DNA from: Octopus vulgaris
Lineage: Eukaryota
Length of the DNA: 64,000 nt
Reading direction: 5' to 3'
Assembly: GCA_951406725.2 (NCBI GenBank)
Contig: OX597830.1
Span: 54,250,001-54,314,000, forward strand
Translations under genes and position numbers: made by a program
The notes under the pieces: model-generated
The model's input: only the letters and a program-made list of their open reading frames with translations
The model's database searches: none
What the model was told of the DNA's origin: nothing
Part shown: in pieces, positions 13,719 through 27,017 of the stretch
Layout of the letters: the number at the start of each line of letters is the position of its first letter
How positions within the stretch are numbered: the stretch's first letter is position 1

Positions 13719-14269
13719 GGAGAGAGAGAGAGAAAGAGAGAGAGAAAGACAGTGAGAGGGAGAGAGAGAGACAGACAGACAGTGACTGAGTGAAGGTGTA
13801 TGTTGTCAAGCATGTATTTTTTGCATGTATGTGTTAGTGGCACTCTCTCACTCTCACACACACATCTTTCATATACACGTACATAAATACATAGGCACAC
13901 ATCTTTTTTGCATGTTTGTGTGCATGAGAAAGTGTATGTGTGTGCGTGTGTGTATGGGAGTATGTGAAGGAACAGTTTTGTGTGTGTGCGAATGTGTGTG
14001 TACTTGCATGTGTTTGTGTGTGTATGCGTGTGTGTGTGTGTGTTTGTATATTGTATTAGGGTAGAATGGATATGTGGTTTACAATAATGCATTGCTTTTG
14101 GAATTTGTGTATCCGGTATGTAAAACCAGCCTAAACACTCATAGTAGTTATCCTGCGCGCGCGCACACACACACGCGCGCGCACACACACACGCGCGCGC
14201 ACACACACACGCGCGCGCACACACACACGCGCGCGCACACACACACGCGCGCGCACACACACGCGCGCG

Positions 14270-14338
<69 letters not shown>

Positions 14339-14613
14339 ACACACACACATGCACAAGATGTGTTTATATGTCTGAATATTTACTGAGATTCTATATGTTG
14401 ACGGGAGATTCCGTTGTTATCGCACTGCTGGACAGTGCCACTGAGAAATACATAGCAGTTCCGGCAGTCGTAGAAGACGATTTTCGTCCGTCAACGATAC
14501 AATTTCGAGTGCTTTTACAAACAACGTGTACTGATGAGCGTTTCTCTCAGGGTAAAAGACGCAATATTCTGTGTTCTAATACAACCGCCATGTTAAGTTG
14601 GAGATCAAGATTA

Positions 14614-15133
14614 CCGTAAATCTTCGAGTATAGTCCGCCCTTGAGTATAATACAAAGGGGATTTTTAGGGGGCTGTACCTCTGAAAAACCTAAACCTTGT
14701 GTATAATACGCACCCCTTCTCTAACTTGAGTCGTGCTTAATTAAGCCAGCAGCACCTAGTCGAACAAACACTTCCGCGCATGCGTAACACAATAGTGGTG
14801 ATGTTCTTAACTGTTATATGGGAATGTAAATATGTTTGCAAATTGTTTTTGTTACATGTTATTCTGTGTTCTGAATACTTTTATTTTAATAAATGTTGCT
14901 TACTGCAAGTTATGGATGATTCTTTTATGACTTCATTGCTTTCAGGCTTAGCTTAAAGTATTTTAGCTCCCGACATCACAAAATGCGTCTGAATAAACAT
15001 TGCCGGACAGCAAATAGAGACTCGAACATTGCTTAGAAAATATTTTTCATTTTTAACCTCGTATGTAGTACGTAATAGGGATTTTGACCATTAAATATTA
15101 GGAAAAATGCAGATTATACTCGAGGATTTACGG
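14614..15133. mobile_element. Tc1/mariner/pogo-type MITE
   Basis: TIRs CCGTAAATCTTCGAGTATA and TATACTCGAGGATTTACGG, with TA on both sides. Confidence 0.8.
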
Positions 15134-15454
15134 TATATTTTGGTATTAATACTGCTTCTGTCGTTATTAAATATTTTTTAAAACGCCCACTGGCTAATTG
15201 CAGCACTAGTGCCTGCATAGACAGTGGGATTCTATGTCGTTGACAGGAGATTCGGCTGTTAACGCGCTGTTGGATTTGTTGCCACTGAGAAACCCATAGC
15301 AGGTGAAATGGCGTTATCTAACAGTTCCGACAGTGGTAGCGGACGATTCTCGTCTGTGAACGATATAATTTCGAGTGCCTTTAAGTACCACGAGTCCTTA
15401 TGAGAGTAGGACATCACCTTTACACACACAGACACAGACACAGACACAGACACA

Positions 15455-15492
<38 letters not shown>

Positions 15493-17516
15493 TTCTCTCT
15501 CTCTCTCTCCTCAACACTTCCAAGGCCGTTGTTCTGCCAGAATTTCTTCGCTTGTTCCTCCTCTTAAGTTTTTTAATCGTGAGACCCATCATTCTACTAA
15601 TTTCCATCATTTCACTGACAATTTCTCTTCCGGTAAGAACTGTTTCTATTCTAGTAGCTTCTTTTCTCGAACACCTACATGTCTTACAGAATTCTCTGCC
15701 CGTTCTTGCTTTCCTAACATTTAATCACATTTGTATTGATCGCTTTATAGTTTAGAGCAGATTCTCGTTAGATTTTCGTCTTTTTTCTGTAATTCCCAAC
15801 AATAGCTTCAACAACAACGCACAGATATATCAAACATATATATGTACAACCATATATGCACGTTTATACTCCATATCTGTCTGTCCGTCTGCCTGCCTGG
15901 GTGCATACCTACGTACATACGTAGAATGTAATGTATGTATGTATGTATGTATGTATGTATGTATGTATGTATGTATGTATGTATGTATGTATGTATGTAT
16001 GTATGTATGTATGTATGTATGTATGTATGTATGTATGTATGTATGTATGTATGAAGAGTTGTCTACATAGTCTAATGGCAATATGAGCATGAAACCGATA
16101 ATAACATTTTGACCAGTTATTTGAAATAACCAGTCATATATTGCTTGACGATATAGAAATATGTATGCACGTATGTATGTATGTATGTATATATGTATGT
16201 ATGTATGTATATCATTATTTAGTTTTATTTTGAGAGTTCTTGCCAAGAGAAAAAAAAGCCGGTTTCTAACCTAGATCCAAGGCATCTTCATTGGAAGTTC
16301 AACATCAACAGGCTATTTTTGTTTGTCTATCTGTCTGTCTGACTGGCTGTATGTATGTATGCATGCATGTATGTATGTATGCATGTATGTATGTATGCAT
16401 GTATGTATGTATGCAGGGCTGGATTAAGACCCATAGAGGCCCTAAGCACTTAGAAAGATTTTGGTGCCCCATATGTATGTAATTCAAAATATGAACAATA
16501 ATAAACCGTAAAATAGAGTTTTTTTTTTTGAAATGAAATAAATCTAACAATAAGATGGAAAATAATGTTTATTTTTGTATACTTCCGCTTGTATACTTTT
16601 CTCCTACATTTTTTATTGCACAGTCTTTGAATAGATTCTCACCGTGATACCATGAACACTTTGAAATTATATTTCCGATCATATTGCTACTTCGAATATA
16701 CTTAGTAAGTATAAAGTGACTTCTTTTGTGCCGTAAACCTTTACCATTTCTGTGGTGGCACCCTTCTCTTGATAGCCCAAGTACGAACTCATTTTGTTTG
16801 ATGGTTAGTCCAGCGCTGTATGTATGTATGCATGTATTTATGCATGTACGTATACGTGTGTGTGTATGTATGTATGCATGTGCGTACTCCCGGCTATTCT
16901 ATTCTACTATTGGGGGTTTCTATGATAAGCTACACTCACACACATACACACGTGTATTTCGTTTTTAACAATGAAATGAAACATTCGCACAAACACACTC
17001 ACATGCATTCAAACGCACACACATGTGTATGTGTTTGTATATGTGTTTGACTGTGTGTTTGCGTGTGTGCAAATTTTCAACTGCCAACCAAGAACAAACA
17101 GATAAAATAAATGAAATGAAGCCACGTCTTATATTTGCCTTTCGAGCAAGAAAACCGACGAATGACGAAATGAATTCAGTGCAGTTAATGAATTTACGTG
17201 CCCACAAGACAATTGCTGACATCATGATAAGTCGTTAGACTTTAAATGTGAACACATCAGATGTCCGCAAAAGAGGACCATTAATCGTAGACGTCTTAAA
17301 TATGCATCAACGTGTGAGCTATGTGGTTACTCGACTCAATCTTCCATAAACTACCTTACCGTCTTAAAATGCACGGACACCTTGATTAATGTAATCCAAT
17401 GCAGTCTATACCTGAAAAGACGGCTGGTTAGTCAGAGCTTAGATTAACAGCGGATTTTGGGTTTAAACAACAAAAACATTCTTGAACAGATTCATCGAGG
17501 GTACTTTTATAGAATT

Positions 17517-17903
17517 GGGATCTTTTCGGTTTGAACGGCAGTTTTTTCTAGCGGTGTCATATGAAATTGTCCCCTATAATTATGACCCTAGTATCGATCT
17601 ATTGCATTTCAATCTGTTTTAGGGTTAGGGTTAGGGGTGGGGGGAAGGATATCATTTTTTCTTCACAAATGTAAATAAACCCAATCTGTTTCTTAAACGA
17701 GGGACATATTCATACGGCACAGAATGCTTTGCAGAAATTGAAGAAAAAAAAACCAACAAATATCTTACAAACTATAGAATTTTCTCAAAAAAGCCAAGAG
17801 AAAAAGATGTTTTATAAACACATTCTACCAGTATACGAAGTTTAAAATTTTTTAGTTACCTAGAAATTTTGTTAAAAACTGCCGTTCAAACCGAAAAGGT
17901 CCT
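17517..17903. mobile_element. MITE with TIRs of about 30 bp, apparent 6-bp TSD (AGAATT) and internal (TTAGGG)3
   Basis: TIRs GGGATCTTTTCGGTTTGAACGGCAGTTTTT and AAAAACTGCCGTTCAAACCGAAAAGGTCCT. AGAATT lies at 17511-17516 and 17904-17909. Confidence 0.75.
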
Positions 17904-18226
17904 AGAATTGCACCGCAACTCTTCGTTGGACTTGTCAAATTCTGAAATATAAGAGCTGGCATAGAATAGAGAGGCCATCTCCTTCTCCTACATAATTCCG
18001 ATATCGTTATCGTTACCATTACCAACGCCAGGTTACTATTTTGTTATTTTACAATGGAATTATTCTACAGTAACAGATAAAAGAAGTGGAATACGATAAG
18101 TGAGAAAAAAATTCCGTACACTTACTTGTAATGAGTAGCGTTGTGGTGGGTCGTTGCCTCTGTACTTGCTTGTTACCGCCAGACAAATACCTCCATTACT
18201 GAAAACTGCAGTTTCCTGCTCGCTTA

Positions 18227-18316
<90 letters not shown>

Positions 18317-18928
18317 TGTATGTATGTGTGTATGTGTGTGAGTGTGAATTTATGTATATGTATGTCTCTATCTATTTCACTTTAATTTCTTTTTGGTATC
18401 TGCTTTTTTTTTCTTTTTTCTTTCTTTCTTTTTCTTTCTCTGCCCCTGTCTGTCCGTTTGTTTCTCTTTCACGTATTTCTGTTGTTCTCTCTTTCTTTTT
18501 CTCATCCCTTTTCTTCCTTTTCTTCTCTCTCATACACTTTGAGTCTCACCCTTTCTGTTTCTCTCCCCCCCCCGCCTACCATGCTCCCCTCTTGACTTCC
18601 CCTTATACATTTCTATATCTCATTAACAAATTCTCTCTCCTCCCACACATTTGACCCCTTTCTTTCTTCTTTCTCCCTCTCTATCCATCGTACTTTTTCC
18701 CCATCTCATTGCCCCCTCTCGCTTTGTTTCTCTTCTATCTCATTAATCTTCCCACCCCACCACCACCACCTAGCTAGTATTTTATGCCACTCTCAATCCA
18801 CCCGTCTACTTCAGTCAACTGGCAATCACTCCAACCCTTTAACCTTTTCTCTAACACTTCCTAACTGCACTGCAGACCGATTCTACACCCAATTGGAATA
18901 GTCACACAATGTATTTGAAGCAAGAATA

Positions 18929-19058
<130 letters not shown>

Positions 19059-19986
19059 TAATAATAATAAAGATAATAATAATAATGATAATGATAATAA
19101 AACAGCTAAAAAATAAAGTTAATGGCGGTTTAACGGATGTATTTAGAACTATGGAAGACACTAAGGATGTAAAAATGTTAAATCAATGGACATTATGCAT
19201 GAATTGTTGTTAAACGATTCTTTAAAATGGAAAAAAAAATATTGACTTAGATCTCGAAGAAACTTTGTAATTAATTCATGAATCACAGACATAATTAATT
19301 TTTTAAAGCAAAAATAAACTTACCAAAACTTCTGTGGAGCCGCATCTATTATATCATTGACCAAACAAAACGATGCCTTTGTTACTGTCTTTTCTCCTTT
19401 CCAACACGACCACCACTACTCTTTAAACGTTCTTCTTCTTCTTCTTCTTCTTCTTCTTCTTCTTCTTCTTCTTCTTCTTCTTCTTCTTCTTCTTCTTCTT
19501 CTTCTTCTTCTTCTTCTTCTTCTTCTTCTTCTTCTTCCCCCCCCCCTCCTCATCACATTCTCCTTATTCTACTACTGTTTCTGATTTTGAATTTTTCTAT
19601 AATTGTTTTAAGGGCCAGGATTTGTGGTGGCGTTAATATATCTTTTTAGAAAATGTTTTGGTCTCTTCTTTTGATGGGAACAATGTGAGGGTAAATTCAA
19701 TTAAAGAACATGGACTTGTAGCTTTTTGTAGCTACAGATAAGAGTACAATTGTTCTGTAGATCCGAAGTAGGTGAAGATCGCTTTCTTTGGAAGAAGAAT
19801 AGCTGAAGGCTTCGAGGAAGTTGGTTTGTTTCGTTTATAGGTCTCATTCAAGAAGTCCATCAGATGCGTTGTGGAAAAGTTCACTCTTCTAGAAGATGGT
19901 TGGAAGCTTAGAACTTCTACCTTTTAGGCATTCATATATACTTATATACGTATGTATATACATACATACATACATATATGTATATG

Positions 19987-20064
<78 letters not shown>

Positions 20065-20065
<1 letters not shown>

Positions 20066-20525
20066 TACATGAACTGATCATAGAGGACCATCACCGAACA
20101 TTTGACCTACTTGTTGATATGTCCGGTGTGTCCTGTTAACGAATTTTGATCGAGGAATTCCGAATGAAAAGAGTTGCAGCTCACGGAATTTGCGCTCACG
20201 GAAGATCAAAAGCAGTCACGACTGAATGCTTATCGTGAACTGAAAGAGAGTTGGACATTGGTTCGGACCTTTTTTCGAAGGTCGTCACAGGTGAAGAAAG
20301 CTGGTGATACGGAATTTGCAGATGTGGAAGAGGTAAATAAAATGACGGAGGCATTAAAAGGCATCACTTTGAAAGAGTTCCAGGACTGCTTCGAAGTGGA
20401 AAATAGGTTTGAACTGATGCATTGCTTAAAATGGAGAATACTTTGAATGCGTTAAAAGTGTAAACATGTAAAACTAGGTAAATAAAATAATATTGCAAAA
20501 TTCCGGTTTCTTTTGGGTAACCCTA
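20065..20525 (+). mobile_element. Internally deleted mariner transposase remnant
   Basis: Fragments EEFRMKRVAA, LTEDQKQSRL and FADVEEV..MTEALKGITLKEFQDCFE. Confidence 0.7.
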
Positions 20526-20530
20526 GTATG

Positions 20531-20598
<68 letters not shown>

Positions 20599-20716
20599 TT
20601 TTTATCTCCCCTTCTTCCTAGCTCTCCTGTCCAATTACCTTTTCCCAACCAATCGCTCTGATTGGCTGCTAAATCCACAAGATTTTTATTCTCTCTTTGC
20701 TTATTTCCTCGTGTTC

Positions 20717-20752
20717 CTTTCTGTTGAAGAGCGTAGGTTCGAAACGTAAAAG
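20717..20752 (+). ncRNA. Minimal hammerhead-like motif (A6 to U variant)
   Basis: CUUU CUGUUGA a GAGC guag GUUC GAAAC GUA AAAG. A partial inverted copy of this cassette lies at about 22114-22200. Confidence 0.4.
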
Positions 20753-20844
20753 ACTTTCTCACCTTCCCGAGCGTCAAACTAATACACCTGCTTATTGCTT
20801 ATACACCTATCTCCGTCTTTAAATCACTTTAAATTTTCAACTAA

Positions 20845-20892
<48 letters not shown>

Positions 20893-21052
20893 CGTATATT
20901 TGCCATCTCAATATGGCTACCCCTAAGGGTGGATGCTACTGTAGTTTTTAGCCCCAGGAGGACACACTCCTCCAGCTGGCCATAGACACACTTTCTGTGT
21001 CCTGTCAGTATTTGCAAAGGGAAGTCATCCTTCCTGTCTTCAACTTATGATA

Positions 21053-21097
21053 CACACAGACTCGAGTTTCGAGGTATTGACCTCTCGTCAGCGTGTG
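21053..21097 (-). ncRNA. Type I hammerhead ribozyme (copy 1)
   Basis: Minus strand: CACACG CUGACGA GAGGU caau ACCUC GAAAC UCGA GUC^ UGUGUG. The core is complete, stems I-III pair, and loop 3 is palindromic. Confidence 0.85.
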
Positions 21098-21404
21098 ACA
21101 ATCATAGTTGTCGGCGAGAATTAGATCTCCTTCACAAATACTTATACTTTTTCCAGCGTCCACTGTCGCTGATATTGAAAAAGTGAAATCAAACAATGAT
21201 AAATATCAAAGTGAGTTATATACAGTAGCGGTAACACATCGTGACGTATATTTGCCATCTCAATATGGCTACCCCTAAGGGTGGATGCTACTGTAGTTTT
21301 TAGCCCCAGGAGGACACACTCCTCCAGCTGGCCATAGACACACTTTCTCTGTCCTGTCAGTATTTGCAAAGGGAAGTCATCCTTCCCGTCTTCAACTTAT
21401 GATA

Positions 21405-21449
21405 CACACGGACTCGAGTTTCGAGGTATTGACCTCTCGTCAGCGTGTG
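21405..21449 (-). ncRNA. Type I hammerhead ribozyme (copy 2)
   Basis: Minus strand: CACACG CUGACGA GAGGU caau ACCUC GAAAC UCGA GUC^ CGUGUG, with a perfect 6-bp stem I. Confidence 0.87.
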
Positions 21450-21624
21450 ACAATCATAGTTGTCGGCGAGAATTAGATCTCCTTCACAAATACTTATACT
21501 TTTTCCAGCGTCCACTGTCGCTGATATTGAAAAAGTGAAATCAAACAATGATAAATATCAAAGTGAGTTATATACAGTAGCGGTAACACATCGTGACGTA
21601 TATTTGCCATCTCAATATGGCTAC

Positions 21625-21707
<83 letters not shown>

Positions 21708-22604
21708 TATGTATGTATATATATATAAGTATACGTATATACCTACGTATATATATATATAAATCAATATGCGCATGTAGTCCTTTATTATTATGTACAT
21801 ATTTATTTTTTATTTACTTTTTACTTCTCATTTTGTTCTTCACTTCCCCTATTTTTTGCTTCACATATTTTCTCTTCCTCCTCATTTTACCACAGTTGTG
21901 TCTCTTGTCATGCTAGTTCTGTAGTAGCTGGTTAGCCCTTGCATTGTAATATTTGTAATATGAGGATATATATATCTTTTTTTTTTTACATAATCCTGCG
22001 TTAGTTTTATGTATCTTTTCTTTACATTATCTGCTACAATTGAATGCTTTTACCTTCTCTCCTTAGGAAATATATCTTCATTTCTTCAAACTGAATGGAT
22101 GACTCTCTATGACTCTTCAACAGAAAGGAACACGAGGAAATAAACAAAGAGAGGAAAAAAAATCTTGTCGATTTAGCAGTCAATCATGGTGATTGGTTGG
22201 AATCCATCCAGATTCATTTGTTCAATCAACTGAATTTCATGTTCATTGAACCAGCATACGCAAGTGACGAAGTATTCGATAGACGTGTGTGTGCTTAACG
22301 TGATTCGCAGACAGAATCTGTACGGCACAGTGTGTGTGCAAGGCTGTATCATTCTAATTGCAGGTACAATCAATGCAGCAGTATTTTCTGCAATCTCCAC
22401 CTATTCAATTTCACACACAAGGTTCAGTCGATTGAGGTTATAGAAATTGATATTTTTCCGAGGTGACACGCAGTGGGATTGAACATGGGACCTCGTCGTA
22501 GAGAATCGCGCTTCTTAACCACTCGGCCTTCTTTAGTCCAGCAATATCTATTATAAAATTATTTAAATCTAGCTTTTAAATTCAGTCATACTAAACTAAC
22601 AATT

Positions 22605-23205
22605 CTTTCTAATTTTGATACAAGGCCAGCAATTTTGAGGGGGAGGCGGCAAGTCGATTACATCAATCGAGTATTTGATTGGCACTTAATTTTATCGACT
22701 CCGAGACGATGAATGTTGAAGACGACCTCGTCAGCTCGTAGACCTATAAGAAAAAACGTTAAGCATTTCACTCAGTGTGCTAACGATTCTTATTTCTTTA
22801 TTGCCCACAAGGAACGAAACATAGAGGGGACAAACAAGGACAGACAAAGGGATTAAGTCGATTACATCGACTCCAGTGCGTAACTGGTACTTAATTTATC
22901 GACTCCGAAAGGATGAAAGGCAAAGTCGACCTCGGCGGAATTTGAACTCAGAACGTAACGGCAGACGAAACACCTATTTCTTTACTACCCACAAGGGGCT
23001 AAACACAGAGAGGACAAACAAGGACAGACAAACGGATTAAGTCGATTATATCGACCCCAGTGCGTAACTGGTACTTATTTAATCGACCCCGAAAGGATGA
23101 AAGGCAAAGTCGACCTCGGCGGAATTTGAACTCAGAACGTAGCGGCAGACGAAATACCGCTAAGCATTTCGCCCGGCGTGCTACCGATTCTGCCAACACA
23201 CCACC
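22605..23205 (-). mobile_element. SINE family B copies (tandem units)
   Basis: Reverse-complement homologs of 8640-9096. Confidence 0.8.
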
Positions 23206-23427
23206 TTATGATATTCTCCCTCTCGGCTCTAGTTCAAAGAACTTTCTCCACGATTATTTCACCTAATCTATATACCAGCTAATTTAGGATTGATTTCACA
23301 AATTTTAAAACAATTTTACTGTATCTAAATTGCATTCAGATTTTCTATATATTTCCATAATATCATTTACTTTCTTTAATTAATTTTTATAATCCACGAA
23401 TATAATTGGAGATTTCCCAGCTCTTCC

Positions 23428-23581
23428 GTGGCTGTGTGGTAAGTAGTTTGCTTACCGACCACATGGTTCCGGGTTCAGTCCCACTGCGTGGCATCTTGGG
23501 CAAGTGTCTTCTACTATAGCCTCGGACCGACCAAAGCCTTGTGAGTGGATATGGTAGACGGAAACTGAAAGAAGCCCGTCC

Positions 23582-23612
<31 letters not shown>

Positions 23613-23818
23613 ATGTGTATGTTTGTGTGTCTGTGTTTGTCCCCACAACATTGCTTGACAATCGATGATGGTGTGTTTACGTCCCCCGTCACTTAGTGGT
23701 TCGACAAGAGAGATCGATAGAATAAGTACTAGGCTTACAAAGAATAAGTCCTGGGGGCGATTTGCTCGACTAAAGGCGGTGCTCCAGCATGACCGCAGTC
23801 AAATGACCGAAACAAAAA
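23428..23818 (+). mobile_element. tRNA-derived SINE, family A
   Basis: GTGGCTGTGTGGTAAG...GGGTTCAGTCCCACTGCGTGG...GAAACTGAAAGAAGCCCGTC, as in the other copies. Confidence 0.85.
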
Positions 23819-24289
23819 ATAATTAATTTTAACCTGTAGCTTTCACATTTCGACTGCAATTAAATAGACTCTCCTATGATTTAAACACTGACAATAGTTA
23901 ACTCCCTTTCAATCTACATATCAGCAAGAAGCTTTTACAAATGATACCGAATAAGAAGGGGAGACAACTCAAGAAATTCTGTTCTGTTTATTTATTTATT
24001 TTTTTTTAAATACCATTTTGCTGTTTTCTTTGACTCATAATACATAAAATAATATTTTTATGTTAATAAATTCTGATGATCTAATTAATTTCCATCTGTT
24101 TCTCCTTTTTCTCATCGAGAAATCTAATCAATACATATACTAGGAGAAGTCAGCCTATATACATTGGGGTAGTCTGAACTTTCGCCCCACCATTTTTTTT
24201 TAGGTTGGCTGCACTGCCTTCAGCGTTGCGTGCTAAAAAGGGGGTACAATTGTAGTCACTTAACCGAGGTTTTCTTCGTTGTGTTACAT

Positions 24290-24660
24290 AGTAAACACGG
24301 CTGCTCCAGTGGCAGTGTGCGCCAAGGAAAAACAAAGATCATTGACCCGATTTCTTTGGTGTGAAGCTAAGTCAGGGGCTTAAATTATTCGCAGGCTTTC
24401 AGTACTATACAGGGAGAGCGCTCTACCGCGTAGAAGTGCGTATGAGTGGATCGAGAAGTTTAAGAATGGCGTGAAGCACAATGAGGGAGCCGGTCGCCCA
24501 CTAGTAAAGATTCAGCAAGCTCGGGAGATGGTTCTGGCGAGCCGACAAGTAATCATCGATGAGATGGCATGGTCTCTGCAAATTAGTCATGGTTTTGCAT
24601 AAGAAATCATCCGCGACAAGCTTGCTTCGCTTCCATAAAGTCTGTGCGCGGTTGGTGCAA
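24290..24660 (+). mobile_element. Mariner transposase N-terminal remnant
   Basis: Fragments YEWIEKFKNG, VIIDEMAWSLQISHG and RFHKVCARLV. Confidence 0.7.
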
Positions 24661-24679
24661 AGAGAGCAAAGAGGTCCTA

Positions 24680-25290
24680 CTCACACTTGCCAGTTTCGCA
24701 ACTTTCACCTACCTTTCAATAAACTCACTCGAAGACAACACTTTCCTCTCCACTCTCAATTTCCTTTTCAAGTGAAACTTGAAGAATTTAATGAGAGCTC
24801 TACCAAAGAGGAATGTATCTGTCCTCGTGCCTTTCAGCTTTGTCCACCAAACAACCTCTTTCACCACAACCACCAGGCAAGGAAAAACTGCCTTGCCTTC
24901 TCGATTGAAAGATAGTGATGGTGCGATCATCATTATAGACTCGGCCGACAGACGGATCCGTTCCACATATGAAAGCAGCTGTTCGACATAACCCCACAAA
25001 TCAGCAATGCTCGGATACTGAACGAGGGCGTGCAGAACGGTTTTGTTACTCTGCGTGCACCTCGGATAACCCCGTCTGACTGCTCATCCGTGCTTGTAGA
25101 GTTAATCTTGAAGCGGTAGCGCCACAAGTCAGGTAGCACTGCCAGGCCAAGGACATCTGGAAATTATCCATGAGAGTTCCCAACCGGAAAGTCCTCCGGA
25201 ACAGACTAGCTAGTTAGTTCTCGTCGGCTCGCAGAGTCTTTCCGAGAACGCTGTAGCACTTTCCTGCCACTAACCCTCGATAACTTTCTA
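24680..25290 (-). mobile_element. Tx1/L1-like LINE C-terminal fragment
   Basis: LWGYVEQLLSYVERIRLSAESI...KEVVWWTKLKG...FFKFHLKRKLRVER is homologous to 38960-40135. Confidence 0.6.
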
Positions 25291-26345
25291 AAGCGGAACA
25301 TCCACCGATCCCATTGCTGAAGTAATTGAAATAACTTATTGTCACATGATTCAAAATTAAGAAAAAGAAATAGTTAGCATCAGATGTATGTATGAAATCT
25401 TCGCATTCTACTCATATCATTTTGCAACATCAAATTTTGTTTGTGCACGTGTGTATGATATCATGTAAGGTCGTGTGTATGTGAAGTCGATTAACTTAGA
25501 ATATAAATTTAAGTTCCTCAATGCTGAAACTTTTGTAAAATTCTGAAGATGCGTCAGGTCATGGTAAATCCATTTTATTCTGGTGATCACGTGTTTTTCT
25601 TGAATGCAAGCAAGAAAGAACATACACATTTTTTTTTATTCTTCTAAAGTAGTTTACAATTAAATGAGTCTTTGTAACACGTTCTCTTCGAATTTTATTC
25701 AAATCTTCTTAACAATAACAAATCACAATACAAAGCCAAGAATAGGATGATAATGTCCAGTGTTATTAACAAATATGATTGCATTTGGAAAAGCTGTAAA
25801 TTTTATCACTATTACATTAGCTTTCTAATATTCTTTTGCCGGCTCATCATGCACTTAAAACAAGAAACAATTGCAATGCATTACACTATACAGCACAAAA
25901 CAAAATGACCAAAGCGTTAACAGAGAAGACGTCTACATTCTACAATATTTAATAATGGAAAAAATATTCATACAAAGTAAAACTGATCAGAGCCAATGCA
26001 AGAATTAACACACAGACGGCTAACACCAGAATGCTAGTCGAAATATTAGAAGTGTAATTTTAACGGTCAAAATTAAAATTCTGTTAATGTCAATATCAAT
26101 CACACTGGAATTGTCTACAATAAAGAGGAAATGATAGTCGCTCCCGTCGGTTTCGACGTGTGAGTGTTTGAAGTAAAGGACTTAAAGAGTGTAATAGAAA
26201 AAAAAAAACACTAAGAATGTATAGAAAAGTTGGTGGTAGAGTTTAGGAAAACATTGCTCCAAACATACTGGAGACGCTCACACAAGAATACGGACAAAAC
26301 CTTGATAGAAAGATAAAATTAGTGCGCTGTGTTTGTCACCCGTGG

Positions 26346-26511
<166 letters not shown>

Positions 26512-26753
26512 TTATTTTTGGATGTATGTATACAAACACATTGTCATAATATAAAAGTTGTAAGCAATATTAGAAATATATTTTATGTACTGAAAAGAAT
26601 ATTGGATGTAAAACTCATTACTTTGGTAGAGTAGATAGATATATATATCAGAAGTTGACAGTGTTCTTCGAGTTAGACTAAGCGGGGCCTTACACGACAG
26701 TCATAGACAGTCCATCTTAGGCGAAACTCTAAGTACACTATCAGCTTTTGCTA

Positions 26754-26816
<63 letters not shown>

Positions 26817-27017
26817 ACACAACACACACACACACAACACATACACACACACACACAACACATACACACACACACAACACACACACTCACACGCACACAC
26901 AATACACACACACAAACACACACACACATTCACACACAAACACACATACACACATACACACATACACACACTTACACATTTCTTATAGAGCGAAATATTT
27001 TATTAGACAGCATAAAT

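Larger units (their letters stand above)
20891..21628 (-). mobile_element. Retrozyme-like element: about 2.1 tandem copies of a 352-bp unit, one hammerhead per unit, embedded in (TA)n
   Basis: GACGTATATTTGCCATCTC recurs at 20891, 21243 and 21595 (period 352). Copies are near-identical, flanked by TA microsatellite on both sides, and have no convincing ORF. Confidence 0.8.

Noticed and set aside
17619-17636. Telomere or chromosome-fusion scar
   Set aside because: There are only three TTAGGG units, internal to a TIR-bounded element.
19580-19935. Possible further Penelope ORF remnant on the minus strand (LTPPQILALKQL-like segment)
   Set aside because: It has too many stops and only one weak motif, so it cannot be supported without a profile search.
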